A stretch of 64,000 nt of DNA, taken from contig CAVTNB010000002.1 in assembly GCA_963736005.1 (NCBI GenBank), positions 161,364 through 225,363 on the forward strand, in the 5' to 3' direction. This DNA is from an uncultured Pseudomonadota bacterium. Its GTDB lineage: Bacteria > Vulcanimicrobiota > Vulcanimicrobiia > Eremiobacterales > Eremiobacteraceae. A program made the position numbers and the translations under genes. Position 1 is the first letter of the stretch. Each line of letters begins with the position of its first letter. Shown piece by piece: positions 24,069 to 33,625 of the stretch. The notes beneath the pieces were generated by a model. The model was not told where the DNA came from, did no database searches, and worked only from the letters and a program-made list of their open reading frames with translations.

Positions 24069-25208
24069 TTGACTAAGGTTCTTCACGTCGTACAGACGCT
24101 CAAGGGAGGCGGGGCAGAGACACTCGTGCGCGATATGGTGCCGCGCATGAGTGCGAGAGGCTTCGATGTTGCAGTTGCGTCTTTGTACCCGTCGAAACTG
24201 GATGCCCAAGAGAAATTAGCTTTACGATGTCAGGTGCACGAGTTGAATCGTAGGAATCGCACCGATTTTCGAGCTCCTCTTCGACTCATGCATCTGATGA
24301 GGGAGCTGAGGCCCGATATTGTTAACACCCACGTGACCACGGGCAAGTATTGGGGAAGAGCTTGTGCCATCCTATCCGGTGTTCCGACAATTATTCACAC
24401 CGAGCATAGTCCAGATCCAAAACTTGAGTTCTGGGAATGGCCTGCGTCCTTGCTCTTGAATCCTCGTACCGACGTAATTGTTACGTTTTCCGAGCGGACC
24501 GCCACCTTCATTCGGCGCCGCGAGCACGTGCGAAGGCTCTATATTATCCCGAACGGCATTGAGATTCCCGAACCACCGAACCACATGCAGCGCGAAGAGG
24601 CGAGAGCGAACCTAACCGCTGGCGAGCTTACGATCATCGGTGTCGTCGCAAGCCTGTATCCGTTGAAAAACCAGGCCCTAGCGCTGCGAAGCTTTGCACT
24701 GTTGCCTGAGCGTGTCAAGGGAGTCGCGAGACTTGATTTATTTGGATCCGGGCCCCTCGAAGGGGAGCTAAGGGCTCTGGCACGCGATCTGGGAATTCAG
24801 ACGCATGTGATGTTTCATGGATTTCGTTCCGACATGCGCGCGCTATTACCCGGGTTAGATATGTTCCTTTCGGTTGCCCTAGTTGAGGCGGCCCCTATCT
24901 CCTTCCTTGAGGCGATGTCCGCTAAGCTGCCCATCATCGCCACTCCATCCATTGGGGCACTCGATATGGTTGAAGGCAACGTCACCGGACTGATCGCTAG
25001 ATCGTGGGATCCTGAAGACGTCGCTCACCAACTAGACAAGGCGCTTAGCAACCCCGAATGGGTACGACGAGCAGGCGACAACGCTAGAACTCGATTGATT
25101 CAGAATTTCAACATCGAAAGCACCGTCGATAAGTATCTGGATCTTTATAACCGCCTTCTCGCAGCTAGGCAACCTCATAGCCGAAGCTCTGGCGATACCT
25201 TCTCGTAG
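24069..25208 (+). CDS. Glycosyltransferase family 4
   Basis: LHVVQTLKGGGAE, HTEH, IPNGI, KNQ, GFRSD, EAAPISFLEAM. Confidence 0.92.
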   Translation: MTKVLHVVQTLKGGGAETLVRDMVPRMSARGFDVAVASLYPSKLDAQEKLALRCQVHELNRRNRTDFRAPLRLMHLMRELRPDIVNTHVTTGKYWGRACAILSGVPTIIHTEHSPDPKLEFWEWPASLLLNPRTDVIVTFSERTATFIRRREHVRRLYIIPNGIEIPEPPNHMQREEARANLTAGELTIIGVVASLYPLKNQALALRSFALLPERVKGVARLDLFGSGPLEGELRALARDLGIQTHVMFHGFRSDMRALLPGLDMFLSVALVEAAPISFLEAMSAKLPIIATPSIGALDMVEGNVTGLIARSWDPEDVAHQLDKALSNPEWVRRAGDNARTRLIQNFNIESTVDKYLDLYNRLLAARQPHSRSSGDTFS

Positions 25209-26169
25209 CACTCCTAATCTCATCCAACTGCGACGACGACAGCGCGTCTTTCCACGAGAGGTCCAGGCGAATATTCGATGTGTCGCTTAGCCGCATGGTG
25301 TTGCCAATGATATGGTGGGATGAATGCCTGAATTGAAGGACAGGCTTTGATCCGCAGGCACCTAGGAACGTGAGAACCCGCTGGATCTCAAATTCCGGAT
25401 TCGCGCAAAGATCCTCATAGCGCAAAAGTAGCCACTGGTTCGGCGGTGTGTTTCTTTTTATCCGCTCCATGTGGAGGGCTGTTGAGTTCCACCATCGTAT
25501 GGCTTTCGAAAATGATTGTGGGTCGTTGCTCTTTCTCAAGTACGAGTTAACAAATGCGGGTGAGTCCCGGATCAAATGAATTACCCGAGGTTCTATGCCT
25601 GCATACCTACGAAGAAAGGGCACCCTTATCGGATCTTTTGAGGCATCCACAAACACAGAGGCACCTGCAACTGTGGCTATTGACTCGACTAGGGCTGCGT
25701 TGCGTGCTCCGATCTCCAACAGGCGTTCTCGAAAGGCAGGAATATTGCTGACAAGCTTATCGCGCACGTTATCTGCAAAATCACTTCTCAGCGATCGAAC
25801 GGCTAGTCGGTTGATAAACCTGCCACCGGGTACTCGGAAAGCAGTATCCCAATGTGCGGCGCTAAAGGCGCGGCCTCTCTTGTCCATTTCCCGAGCTACT
25901 TGCCGCCAAAATTGACAAGAGCTTATTGTCGCTCCACATGAACATTGATAGTCACCCGGGTTCACCTTTGGAATCGACCAAGCCAATTCTCCGATGCTCA
26001 CAACTCCAGGTTGAGCGTTAAGCAAAAATGACAGTAAGGTTGAGCCGCAATACGACGTCCCCGCAATGTAGCCGCATGTTGGAGTTTGGGTTTCCTTGGT
26101 TCCATTCTGCACCAGCGATGTCAACGTACTCACGCGCGAAGCTGTTCGACCGTGAGGCAAAAAGGGCAT
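25165..26169 (-). CDS. PAPS-dependent sulfotransferase (Cys-containing type)
   Basis: YIAGTSYCGSTLL, SIGEL, CSCG....C.FW, VDASK, HLIRD..AFVNS, LRYEDL, H.I.GN.MR. Confidence 0.85.
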   Translation of the reverse strand: MPFLPHGRTASRVSTLTSLVQNGTKETQTPTCGYIAGTSYCGSTLLSFLLNAQPGVVSIGELAWSIPKVNPGDYQCSCGATISSCQFWRQVAREMDKRGRAFSAAHWDTAFRVPGGRFINRLAVRSLRSDFADNVRDKLVSNIPAFRERLLEIGARNAALVESIATVAGASVFVDASKDPIRVPFLRRYAGIEPRVIHLIRDSPAFVNSYLRKSNDPQSFSKAIRWWNSTALHMERIKRNTPPNQWLLLRYEDLCANPEFEIQRVLTFLGACGSKPVLQFRHSSHHIIGNTMRLSDTSNIRLDLSWKDALSSSQLDEIRSATRRYRQSFGYEVA

Positions 26170-26351
26170 GCGGCTTTGAGGCCTGACGGCTGGGTCCTTT
26201 CAGCCTTTGCAAGGCCGACGCCATGCCCCAACCTGCGAATCAATCCCTGTAATACGGAGCCGGACTCGGGAAGATCGCGAGGCCTCCTAACTGCGAGAAC
26301 AGCCCGACAATCTGAATCCATTGGCAGTCCAGGAGTTACCCAGCGATAGAG

Positions 26352-26484
26352 TGTGACATCGGGCACTTCTGACCGGCACACGGGCGTGTGGCCTGACATT
26401 TTAAACCCGAAATTTCCCGGCGTGTGAGCCGTCGCACAGACCTAGGCATACAAACAAATATGATGGAATATGCGGTCCCTCACA
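26352..26484 (+). promoter_or_regulatory. Putative CRP/FNR-family class II promoter for gene C: three TGTGA-N6-TCACA-like boxes plus -10 TATGAT
   Basis: TGTGA-CATCGG-GCACT (26352), TGTGA-GCCGTC-GCACA (26423), TATGC-GGTCCC-TCACA (26469). CAAACAAATATGAT at 26451-26464 is also present upstream of gene H. Confidence 0.55.
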
Positions 26485-26514
26485 GAGTGTCTCTTACAGG
26501 CATTGGAGCGTTGA

Positions 26515-27918
26515 ATGGTTAGGTTCCTGTCTTGTATTATGATGGTCACGGCCACGTGCGCATGGATCATGGCTTCTATTTCTTTGTCGGGCTGCGGCGG
26601 CGGCAGCGTGTCAAGCACCGCCCTGCCCCCTGGGCCCACCCCCAAGCCGACGTTAGGTGCCACCGGTCCCTACCATATCGCCATATGGGCGTACGATGAC
26701 TCAAGAGGTCAGGGTGCCGGGGTCTCCGCCTCAACCGTTAACGAATTGGTAACCTATGCCCAAGGTGACGGAAAATCGTTGTCTGATTGTCACAGCGTTC
26801 CGAACGGCTGCAAAGCAGTGTTCTATTTTGACCCAAATCATCTCTTCAACGGCACTTCGTGCACATTTCACCCCGATGCGGATGCGCTTGCCGCAGCCTC
26901 AGAGAGTTGGTTTGTCCACGATACTGGGTATGCTGATGCAAACCATCGTGTTTATGGTGTGCGTCAAAGCGGATGTTACATCTGGGAGATGAATCCAAAC
27001 TCCCCTAACTCGCAGGCTTGGTGGCGCTCCTATCTACAACGAGTTGCGAATGACTACGACCTGTACGTGCTTGATGATGATCCGATGGATGTGACCGATT
27101 CGGGCTACTTCAGTCACAGTGGCGGCGGTTGTTCGCCATGGCCCTCGTTTTGCTACTCCACGCAAGAGATACCAAACAACTCGGCGGAAGTAGCTGCGCG
27201 GGCAAACTTCGTCAACTCCATGAATTACGCCAACGGAACCCCCATGCACTTTTTCTTCCAACAAGCTTCTTTTGCGTACCCGCTTGACTTAGGCGCGTTC
27301 ACCGCTAGTAATCGACTTGTCGGTATCACGTGCGAAGGCTGCATCGCAACAACGCTTATACCTGTGCGACCGACCATGTACAAACCGGTTCTGAACGAAA
27401 TGGCACTTGTTAATGCAAGTCCTGGATCGTATCTGCTGATTTCACGGGGAAGCTTCCCCACTGGGAGCGCAACCCAAATCCTCCAGCGGCTTGTTACTAT
27501 TGGTATTGTCTGGCTTGCGTATAGCGAAGGTCATACGGTCGTGCAGCCCGATCTCGAATTCAACAACGCTAGCGACAATCTGGCGGTATGGCCCGAAGAC
27601 TTGATTTATCCGTCCCAGCCGGTGGAGAGTATGGTCGTCGGTGTGAAGGATTTGCAGGTAGCGTCGGGTGTTTGGCGGAGAGAATTCGCTACGTGCTACC
27701 AGCGTGGCGTCCCATTTGGGCCATGCGCCGCAATTATCAACTCGACTGCCTCCACGGTGATAGTTGAATCATCGTGGTTACAACAGACGTATCGACACGT
27801 CATTACTCTAGTTGGAGGCGATGCTCTCTCAGGGGGCAGTGCTAACATTGTTGGTACATCCTTTGTAGCAAATTCGACCTCAGTACAGCCAGGCGGCGCT
27901 ATCCTCCTAGCTCCCTAG
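26515..27918 (+). CDS. Lipoprotein C: W domain (putative glycoside hydrolase, GHL15/GH114-like TIM barrel)
   Basis: Lipobox SLSG-C; GPYHIAIWAYD, FYFDPN, YDLYVLDD, TCEGC, AVWPEDL, GVWRREF. Confidence 0.85.
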   Translation: MVRFLSCIMMVTATCAWIMASISLSGCGGGSVSSTALPPGPTPKPTLGATGPYHIAIWAYDDSRGQGAGVSASTVNELVTYAQGDGKSLSDCHSVPNGCKAVFYFDPNHLFNGTSCTFHPDADALAAASESWFVHDTGYADANHRVYGVRQSGCYIWEMNPNSPNSQAWWRSYLQRVANDYDLYVLDDDPMDVTDSGYFSHSGGGCSPWPSFCYSTQEIPNNSAEVAARANFVNSMNYANGTPMHFFFQQASFAYPLDLGAFTASNRLVGITCEGCIATTLIPVRPTMYKPVLNEMALVNASPGSYLLISRGSFPTGSATQILQRLVTIGIVWLAYSEGHTVVQPDLEFNNASDNLAVWPEDLIYPSQPVESMVVGVKDLQVASGVWRREFATCYQRGVPFGPCAAIINSTASTVIVESSWLQQTYRHVITLVGGDALSGGSANIVGTSFVANSTSVQPGGAILLAP

Positions 27919-28065
27919 GATAATAGTGGGCCCCTCACAGTGATTATTTTGAAGGGTACTGGAATTGGTAGGCGTACCGGCCCCTGAATGGACCGAGGCC
28001 GGCCGCTCTAGATGTGCACGGAAAAGTACCAACGTCTGTCCTATTGTCAAAATGTAGCCCCACAT

Positions 28066-28081
28066 GGTAACCTAGGTCACA
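28066..28081 (+). promoter_or_regulatory. CRP/FNR-like box GGTAA-CCTAGG-TCACA
   Basis: About 50 nt upstream of gene D; same half-sites as 3004-3019. Confidence 0.4.
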
Positions 28082-28133
28082 GTGAATCGGTACACCTCAA
28101 CCCCTCCGATGTGACTTACAGTGAGGGGCAATT

Positions 28134-29354
28134 ATGCGTGTGCCGGCTAGGATCGAACAGGTGTCCCTCTGGGGAAGAATCATCGTTCTTGGCTGCGCGA
28201 TCGTCCTCATCACGACTTATGCGTGCAGTAACGGAACCCAACCCATCGTGGCTCCTAGGCAGAATAACCACCACCACCCGTGGGTTTGGCCGTTCGAGGC
28301 TGTTGGAGCCCCCGATGAAGAGGCACACGGCGCTGGTGACGACCTAAGCCAGGCAACCGTCGCTTGTTATGCCCACGAGCGTTGGGCAATTAAAACACTT
28401 GCCGATGCAGCCGCACCGCAAGTCAACTTCACGCCAGTTCCCACAACGATCGCGGCCTTACGCGCAGTGCCGAAACCAACCCCCTGGCCAATACCGTATG
28501 AATATCCGACGCGCATCGCGCCGTTTGAATTCACCACGTGGCAGCTCACTAGCGTCCTCTTAGTGGAAATCTACCCACCCGGAAAAGACCAAGACTACCA
28601 CATGGTCTTGCAAGACGGCAGTGGGAATCAGATGATCGCCGAGGTTCCCCTATTATCTTGCGCACCTGGCACAATTGCCGGCGCGCAATTCAGTCCCATA
28701 TATAACTACATCACCAACACCTACAATTTTGGCTCGCCGCCAATGCCGGTATTCCCAAACATCGTCGTCAGCATCACAGGTGTCGGCTTCTTCGATCCCG
28801 ACTATACTGGCCATGCGCCGGCCGGACAAGAGTTGCATCCAGTGTTGTCACTCATTATAGGCTCACCATCGCCGACGCCTACGCCGTCAGTGGCGCCAAC
28901 ACCGTCACCAAGCCCATCAACCTCGCCGACGGCTACGCCCACGCCCTCACCGAGTCCATCAAGCTCTCCGACTGCGACGCCCACCCCGTCTCCGACCCCG
29001 ACGCCTAGCATAACACCATCGCCTACACCCACGCCCTCGTTGACGCCAACTCCGTCACCCACTCCATCGCTTACCCCAACGCCAACCCCATCGCCTACAC
29101 CAACCCCATCGGGGATCGTTCTCGGCGGCACGGTAACCGGAATCATTTCATCCTCTGAGTTTAATTACCAGACAGGATCTCCGCATGGTCATGTTGTTGT
29201 TGTGTACTCCGAATCAATGGTCGTGCCGAGCGGCGCAAAAATTAAGGTGGGTCAGACCGTCTCCGTAACCGGGAGTTTCAACAGTCAGGAACAACTTGTG
29301 GCAACAAGCGTGACGATTGAGTCATCGCCATCCCCAACTCCCTCGCCAACATAG
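28134..29354 (+). CDS. Lipoprotein D: X domain, Pro/Thr/Ser linker, DUF5666-like domain
   Basis: Lipobox-like [19 protein letters not shown]...DQDYHMVL...MIAE...GVGFFD...[27 protein letters not shown]...VGQTVSVTG. Confidence 0.85.
   Translation: MRVPARIEQVSLWGRIIVLGCAIVLITTYACSNGTQPIVAPRQNNHHHPWVWPFEAVGAPDEEAHGAGDDLSQATVACYAHERWAIKTLADAAAPQVNFTPVPTTIAALRAVPKPTPWPIPYEYPTRIAPFEFTTWQLTSVLLVEIYPPGKDQDYHMVLQDGSGNQMIAEVPLLSCAPGTIAGAQFSPIYNYITNTYNFGSPPMPVFPNIVVSITGVGFFDPDYTGHAPAGQELHPVLSLIIGSPSPTPTPSVAPTPSPSPSTSPTATPTPSPSPSSSPTATPTPSPTPTPSITPSPTPTPSLTPTPSPTPSLTPTPTPSPTPTPSGIVLGGTVTGIISSSEFNYQTGSPHGHVVVVYSESMVVPSGAKIKVGQTVSVTGSFNSQEQLVATSVTIESSPSPTPSPT
28865..29110 (+). repeat. Pro-Thr/Pro-Ser linker coding repeat
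   Basis: Translates to SPSPTPTPS...; codons diversified. Confidence 0.8.
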
Positions 29355-29917
29355 TCTAGCGCCAAACACCGGTTATTGCACTCGCGCTTGACAGCGGTGC
29401 TCTATTAAGCCCGTTCGTAATAGTTCGTAAGACGTTGTAATGATTCAAGCCCCGATCAACCGCAACGTTCGGATTGTGGAACTTATGGGGTTAACGTGGA
29501 GATCGTCTAAGCTGTCAGAAGAGGAGGCGCACGCTCAGCTATGCGCGGAGCACACGGCCTTGTCGATGGTTGTGATGATATTTGGGTAACTTTGGAAGTC
29601 AGCCGGGGAAGCAAAGGTATTCCAACCATGCGAGCACTTCGACTTGAAGTAGAACACGTTTCCATCTCCCAGCGCTGTAAGGCTATGCTAATTACGGCGA
29701 TTTGCGAGGAGCGCCAATAGGAGATTTTCATTGGTCTAACTCTACCAGCCGATTTTGAGATTGTTCTTAAAGGGCCCTGGAGAATTAATCAGTCTTACAA
29801 GTTCCGTTATAGCAAACAATGAAAGCAAGCCACGGCACGCCATCCGACCAGAGACCAGCTGTAAGATACCCGGCGACAGTTAACCTCTGAAACCCAGCTT
29901 TCAGGCAACCAATTAAA

Positions 29918-31345
29918 TTATTGCGAGAGCAAGAGTGCCTCGTGAGCTGGCACCTCGGTTTGGCCTGCAGTAAACGACGTTCCGTTAACCGACACAATGC
30001 CGCCTGATAGTTCATCGCCACCGGAGATACTAACGAGGTGAGCGTAGACCGCTGATAGCCAAGACCCTTGAACCACAACGCTGGAATCACTACCGTTGAG
30101 AATCGCTGCGCATCGACCGAAGAGGCCTCCCCGGAGATAGCAGGCCCCAAATTCTCTCCGCCAGACCAGGGGGGCGACCTGCAAATCCCGTGCGGCCTCA
30201 GTCATTGTTTGCGCCGGCTCGGACGGGAAAATCATATCCTCTGGCCAGACTGCAAGGTTGGTCGTATTGGATTCGAGGTCAGGCCACACTACAGTGTGGT
30301 CGTCTTGATAACCTAGCCAGGTCAAGGCTGTTGTGACAAATCGCTGTTGGAGTTGTGGCGGACTACCCGCTGGAGCGTTGCCGTATGAGAGCAGAACAAA
30401 AATCCTTGATCGCTGAGCAAACTGGGCCATCGTATTTAAGATTCGCTCATAGTTGTTCGGGTGGAGTGTCATCCCGGAGGTCGCACATCCTTCGCATGAT
30501 GCACCTACAAAATGGCTGCTTGCATCCAGTAACCTCATGTCAGCTACCGGACGACCATTAAAGCTGAGACTGTTAAAGACAAAATCCATCGGAGTGCCGT
30601 TTTGGTGAGCCATCGAACTTACAAAGCTGGCTGCGGCCCGTTGGAGATCCTGATCCCCGCTAAATTCTTGAGTCGATTTGCAAAGGCCACCGATCGCATC
30701 GCACCCGCCTCTACCGAAGAAGTAGAATTGATCGGCAAGACTTGCTGTCATATCGTCAAGATAATACATATCGTAGCTATCTCCGCTGCGTTGCAGAAAA
30801 TTGCGGAAATAGGCTTGAACTGCAGGAGATGAAATATTGATCGCCCAGACATTAACGGCTATGCGCGCGCCTTGGCACTTCTGGTGGTAGACCCCGTGAA
30901 CGCGATGCGCCGGGTCGTTGGCGCCGGCCTCGTGGACAAACCAGGTTTCATCCGCCTGCGCGAGTAGATCGGAATCCTCTTTGTAGGGGCATTGTGGGCT
31001 ATCATACGCTTTGTTAGGATCAAAGTATAATACCGCTTTGCAACCGTTGGCGCTACTGTGGCAGTCGAGCAGCGCCTTCTGATTTCGAGGGCCAGTTTCT
31101 GCATAAGTTAGTAATCGCACAACGTCGGAGGCCGATGCATGGCTTCCCTGCGCCCTGAACTCATCGTAACCCCACGTCGCAATGTGGTAGGGTGCTGCGC
31201 CAGCAAGCGCAATTGAGCGGTGACCGAGTAGCGAGTTTGACTTGGAGGCCATCATAATTTCGTGACCTCGGCTCACCTTGGTTGCAAAAGAGCTTAGAAG
31301 AATTGCGGCTATGATTAGACTTGCGCGCGTCTTCATGAAATCCAC
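29918..31345 (-). CDS. Secreted protein E: stand-alone W domain
   Basis: Sec-type leader with no lipobox; APYHIATWGYD, LYFDPN, YDMYYLDD, SCEGC, AVWPEDM, VWRREF. Confidence 0.87.
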   Translation of the reverse strand: MDFMKTRASLIIAAILLSSFATKVSRGHEIMMASKSNSLLGHRSIALAGAAPYHIATWGYDEFRAQGSHASASDVVRLLTYAETGPRNQKALLDCHSSANGCKAVLYFDPNKAYDSPQCPYKEDSDLLAQADETWFVHEAGANDPAHRVHGVYHQKCQGARIAVNVWAINISSPAVQAYFRNFLQRSGDSYDMYYLDDMTASLADQFYFFGRGGCDAIGGLCKSTQEFSGDQDLQRAAASFVSSMAHQNGTPMDFVFNSLSFNGRPVADMRLLDASSHFVGASCEGCATSGMTLHPNNYERILNTMAQFAQRSRIFVLLSYGNAPAGSPPQLQQRFVTTALTWLGYQDDHTVVWPDLESNTTNLAVWPEDMIFPSEPAQTMTEAARDLQVAPLVWRREFGACYLRGGLFGRCAAILNGSDSSVVVQGSWLSAVYAHLVSISGGDELSGGIVSVNGTSFTAGQTEVPAHEALLLSQ

Positions 31346-31489
31346 CCCCGTTTTGCGTTCGTGCGGTGCGTGCCTACGCTTAGAATTTTAATGACTTTTT
31401 CCTCGAATAAAACGGTTATGTGGAAATAACGGAATCTCATCTGCATGCGGTTCCGTTAGGTTGACGCCAATGTCAGCCCTACAAACATG

Positions 31490-31517
31490 AGGAAAGGGCC
31501 CTTCTGGGCCCTTTCCT
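31490..31517 (-). terminator. Intrinsic terminator-like hairpin after gene F
   Basis: Perfect 12-bp stem AGGAAAGGGCCC/GGGCCCTTTCCT with a 4-nt loop, about 20 nt after the stop at 31537. Confidence 0.75.
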
Positions 31518-31536
31518 GGATTTCCAAGCGTGTCCG

Positions 31537-33228
31537 TTACTCTGCGATAAGAAGTGCACCATAGGGTGGCACTGTTGTGGATCCAGGCCTGAAAGCTGTT
31601 CCAGAGACGCTCGCATTCCCGCCTGATAGCACATCACCGCCCGATACCTCGATGATATGGCTATAGTTTTGTGAGAGCCACCCACTGGCGACCGTTCGTG
31701 TGCCGCTATTAGAATTGACGATCGCTGCGCAGCGCCCGAACGACGTACCCTTTTGATAACATGTCCTGAACTCTCTGCGCCAAACCCCCGACGCAACTTG
31801 GAGATCGCCTGCGCCAGAAGTCATGCTCTGAATCGGACTCGATGGGAAAAGGAGATCTTCAGGCCAAACCGCGAGATTTGTCGAGTGATCCTCAAGATCT
31901 GGCCAAGCCACCGTATGGCCTGCCTCGTAGCCAAGCCACACAAGCCCGGTGGTCAACACACGCTCGAAGATCTGCGTGCTGCTCCCCGATCCCGCCGAGT
32001 CAGTCGAATGCAACACAAAAGCACCCTGCGTTGCCCTTATGGCATTCATAGTGTCGAGAATGCGTATGTAGTTTGAACCATAGATTCGCCCGTTTGAAAC
32101 GGCGCAGCCCTCGCAGATTCCCGCAACAAATCGGGCACTTGCGTTAAACACGCTCAGGCCACTACTAACGTTGTTACCGTCAAAATTTAGGCTGTTAAAC
32201 GCGAATTGCATCGCCTGACCATTTCGATGATTGAGCGCGTCTACAAAATGCGCGTGCCCGGACACAACAGCCGTATCGTTGGGCACTTCCTGTGTAGTCG
32301 TGCAAAGTGAGGGCCATGGCAGGCAACCGCCCCCGCTGGTAAAATAGTATTGATCGGGCACCGTGGCTTGAGTATCATCCATGAAGAAGACATCGTAATT
32401 GTCAGCGTCGCTCTGAAGCTTCGTTCGCCACCACGCTTGAACGCCAGCCACTGCATCATTCGGCTCGTAAACCGGAATTGAGATAGTTGAGCCTAAGCAG
32501 TCCTGCTGGTATTTCCCGTTAACCCTATGCCCCTTATCAGAATACCCTTTCTGATGTACAAACCATCCTTCCGACGATGCTTGAAGGACGAGTGCGTCAG
32601 GCATGAATGGGCACCTTGCGCTCGCATACACTTTGCTCGGATCGAAATACAGCACTGACTTACACCCGCTAGACGACGTACAATCGTCGGCCGCCTTCGA
32701 ATTCCCAAACCCACTTTCTGCGTAGCTCGCGTACTTGGATACGTCGGCACCAGATGCTTTGCTCCCTTCGCCACCATAGAGATCATTCACCCAGACGGCG
32801 ATATGATAGGTTCCGCCACCGCCACCACCAGATGACCCGATGGTAACGCTGCTAGCGCTAAGCGTGCCGTTCGAATTAAATTTGCCGACCACCGACACTC
32901 GTGAGCCTACAGCTATCTGGCCGTTCTTGGGAACGACCATTGACTCTGAGTATAGTACAGGTACGGCCCCATGGGGCGAACCCGTCTGGTAGACGAACTT
33001 TTCACTTGACAAGACCGCAGTGACGGTCCCGGCAAGCGTTACCTGCGATGCTTGAGCGACTGGTTGCTGTGATGCACTCGGGCTTGGTAAAATTGCTAGT
33101 CCGCCGGGGCCGCTACCCGGGGCGGGAGTTAGAGTTTCCGACCCTCGAGAACCACACCCAGCGAGAACCAAAAGCGATATGGAGCAGAGCCCTATGAGAA
33201 CACAAGCCTTGACGTGGGAAAATTGCAC
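31537..33228 (-). CDS. Lipoprotein F: DUF5666-like domain plus W domain
   Basis: Likely GTG start at 33228 gives a normal-length leader ending LVLAG-C (the track ORF extends to 33432); YDVFFMDD, ICEGC, GVWRREF. Confidence 0.85.
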   Translation of the reverse strand: MQFSHVKACVLIGLCSISLLVLAGCGSRGSETLTPAPGSGPGGLAILPSPSASQQPVAQASQVTLAGTVTAVLSSEKFVYQTGSPHGAVPVLYSESMVVPKNGQIAVGSRVSVVGKFNSNGTLSASSVTIGSSGGGGGGTYHIAVWVNDLYGGEGSKASGADVSKYASYAESGFGNSKAADDCTSSSGCKSVLYFDPSKVYASARCPFMPDALVLQASSEGWFVHQKGYSDKGHRVNGKYQQDCLGSTISIPVYEPNDAVAGVQAWWRTKLQSDADNYDVFFMDDTQATVPDQYYFTSGGGCLPWPSLCTTTQEVPNDTAVVSGHAHFVDALNHRNGQAMQFAFNSLNFDGNNVSSGLSVFNASARFVAGICEGCAVSNGRIYGSNYIRILDTMNAIRATQGAFVLHSTDSAGSGSSTQIFERVLTTGLVWLGYEAGHTVAWPDLEDHSTNLAVWPEDLLFPSSPIQSMTSGAGDLQVASGVWRREFRTCYQKGTSFGRCAAIVNSNSGTRTVASGWLSQNYSHIIEVSGGDVLSGGNASVSGTAFRPGSTTVPPYGALLIAE

Positions 33229-33625
33229 CTTGACCTTCTTTCTGACGCCTGCGAGGTTAGCTGACGGGTTAGCGCCGAAAGTAGCGCGTCCGCAATCAAT
33301 TGCGGATTCACCCCCAGATTCAATGCGGTTCCCCCGCTCCATAATCCGATGGATTCGGCAAACAGGTTTTCCTAACTGAAGATACTCCACTATTCTCTTG
33401 GAAAAGTGGACGGATTCGTCAGGACTAAGCAATTACTCCAAATGCAGCGATGACCTTGCATGGCGCAAGTTCACAGCCGACAGTATAGCGAGTCTTTATC
33501 ACTTTGTCTAGCGTGTTTTTTCAGGTAGTGCTGGGGGTTTGCTTGTTCGCAACCAAGCAAGCTCTGGCGCAACTTCTTGCTTGGTCGACGGAAGATAATC
33601 GAAGTGGTGAACGAAGGCTTCCGGC

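Noticed and set aside
29355..29917. Small ORFs (29507..29731) in the 560-nt gap between convergent genes D and E
   Set aside because: No recognisable motif or RBS; cannot support a gene or ncRNA
33229..33432. N-terminal extension of ORF F
   Set aside because: Would put the lipobox about 90 aa from the start; GTG at 33228 fits a normal signal peptide
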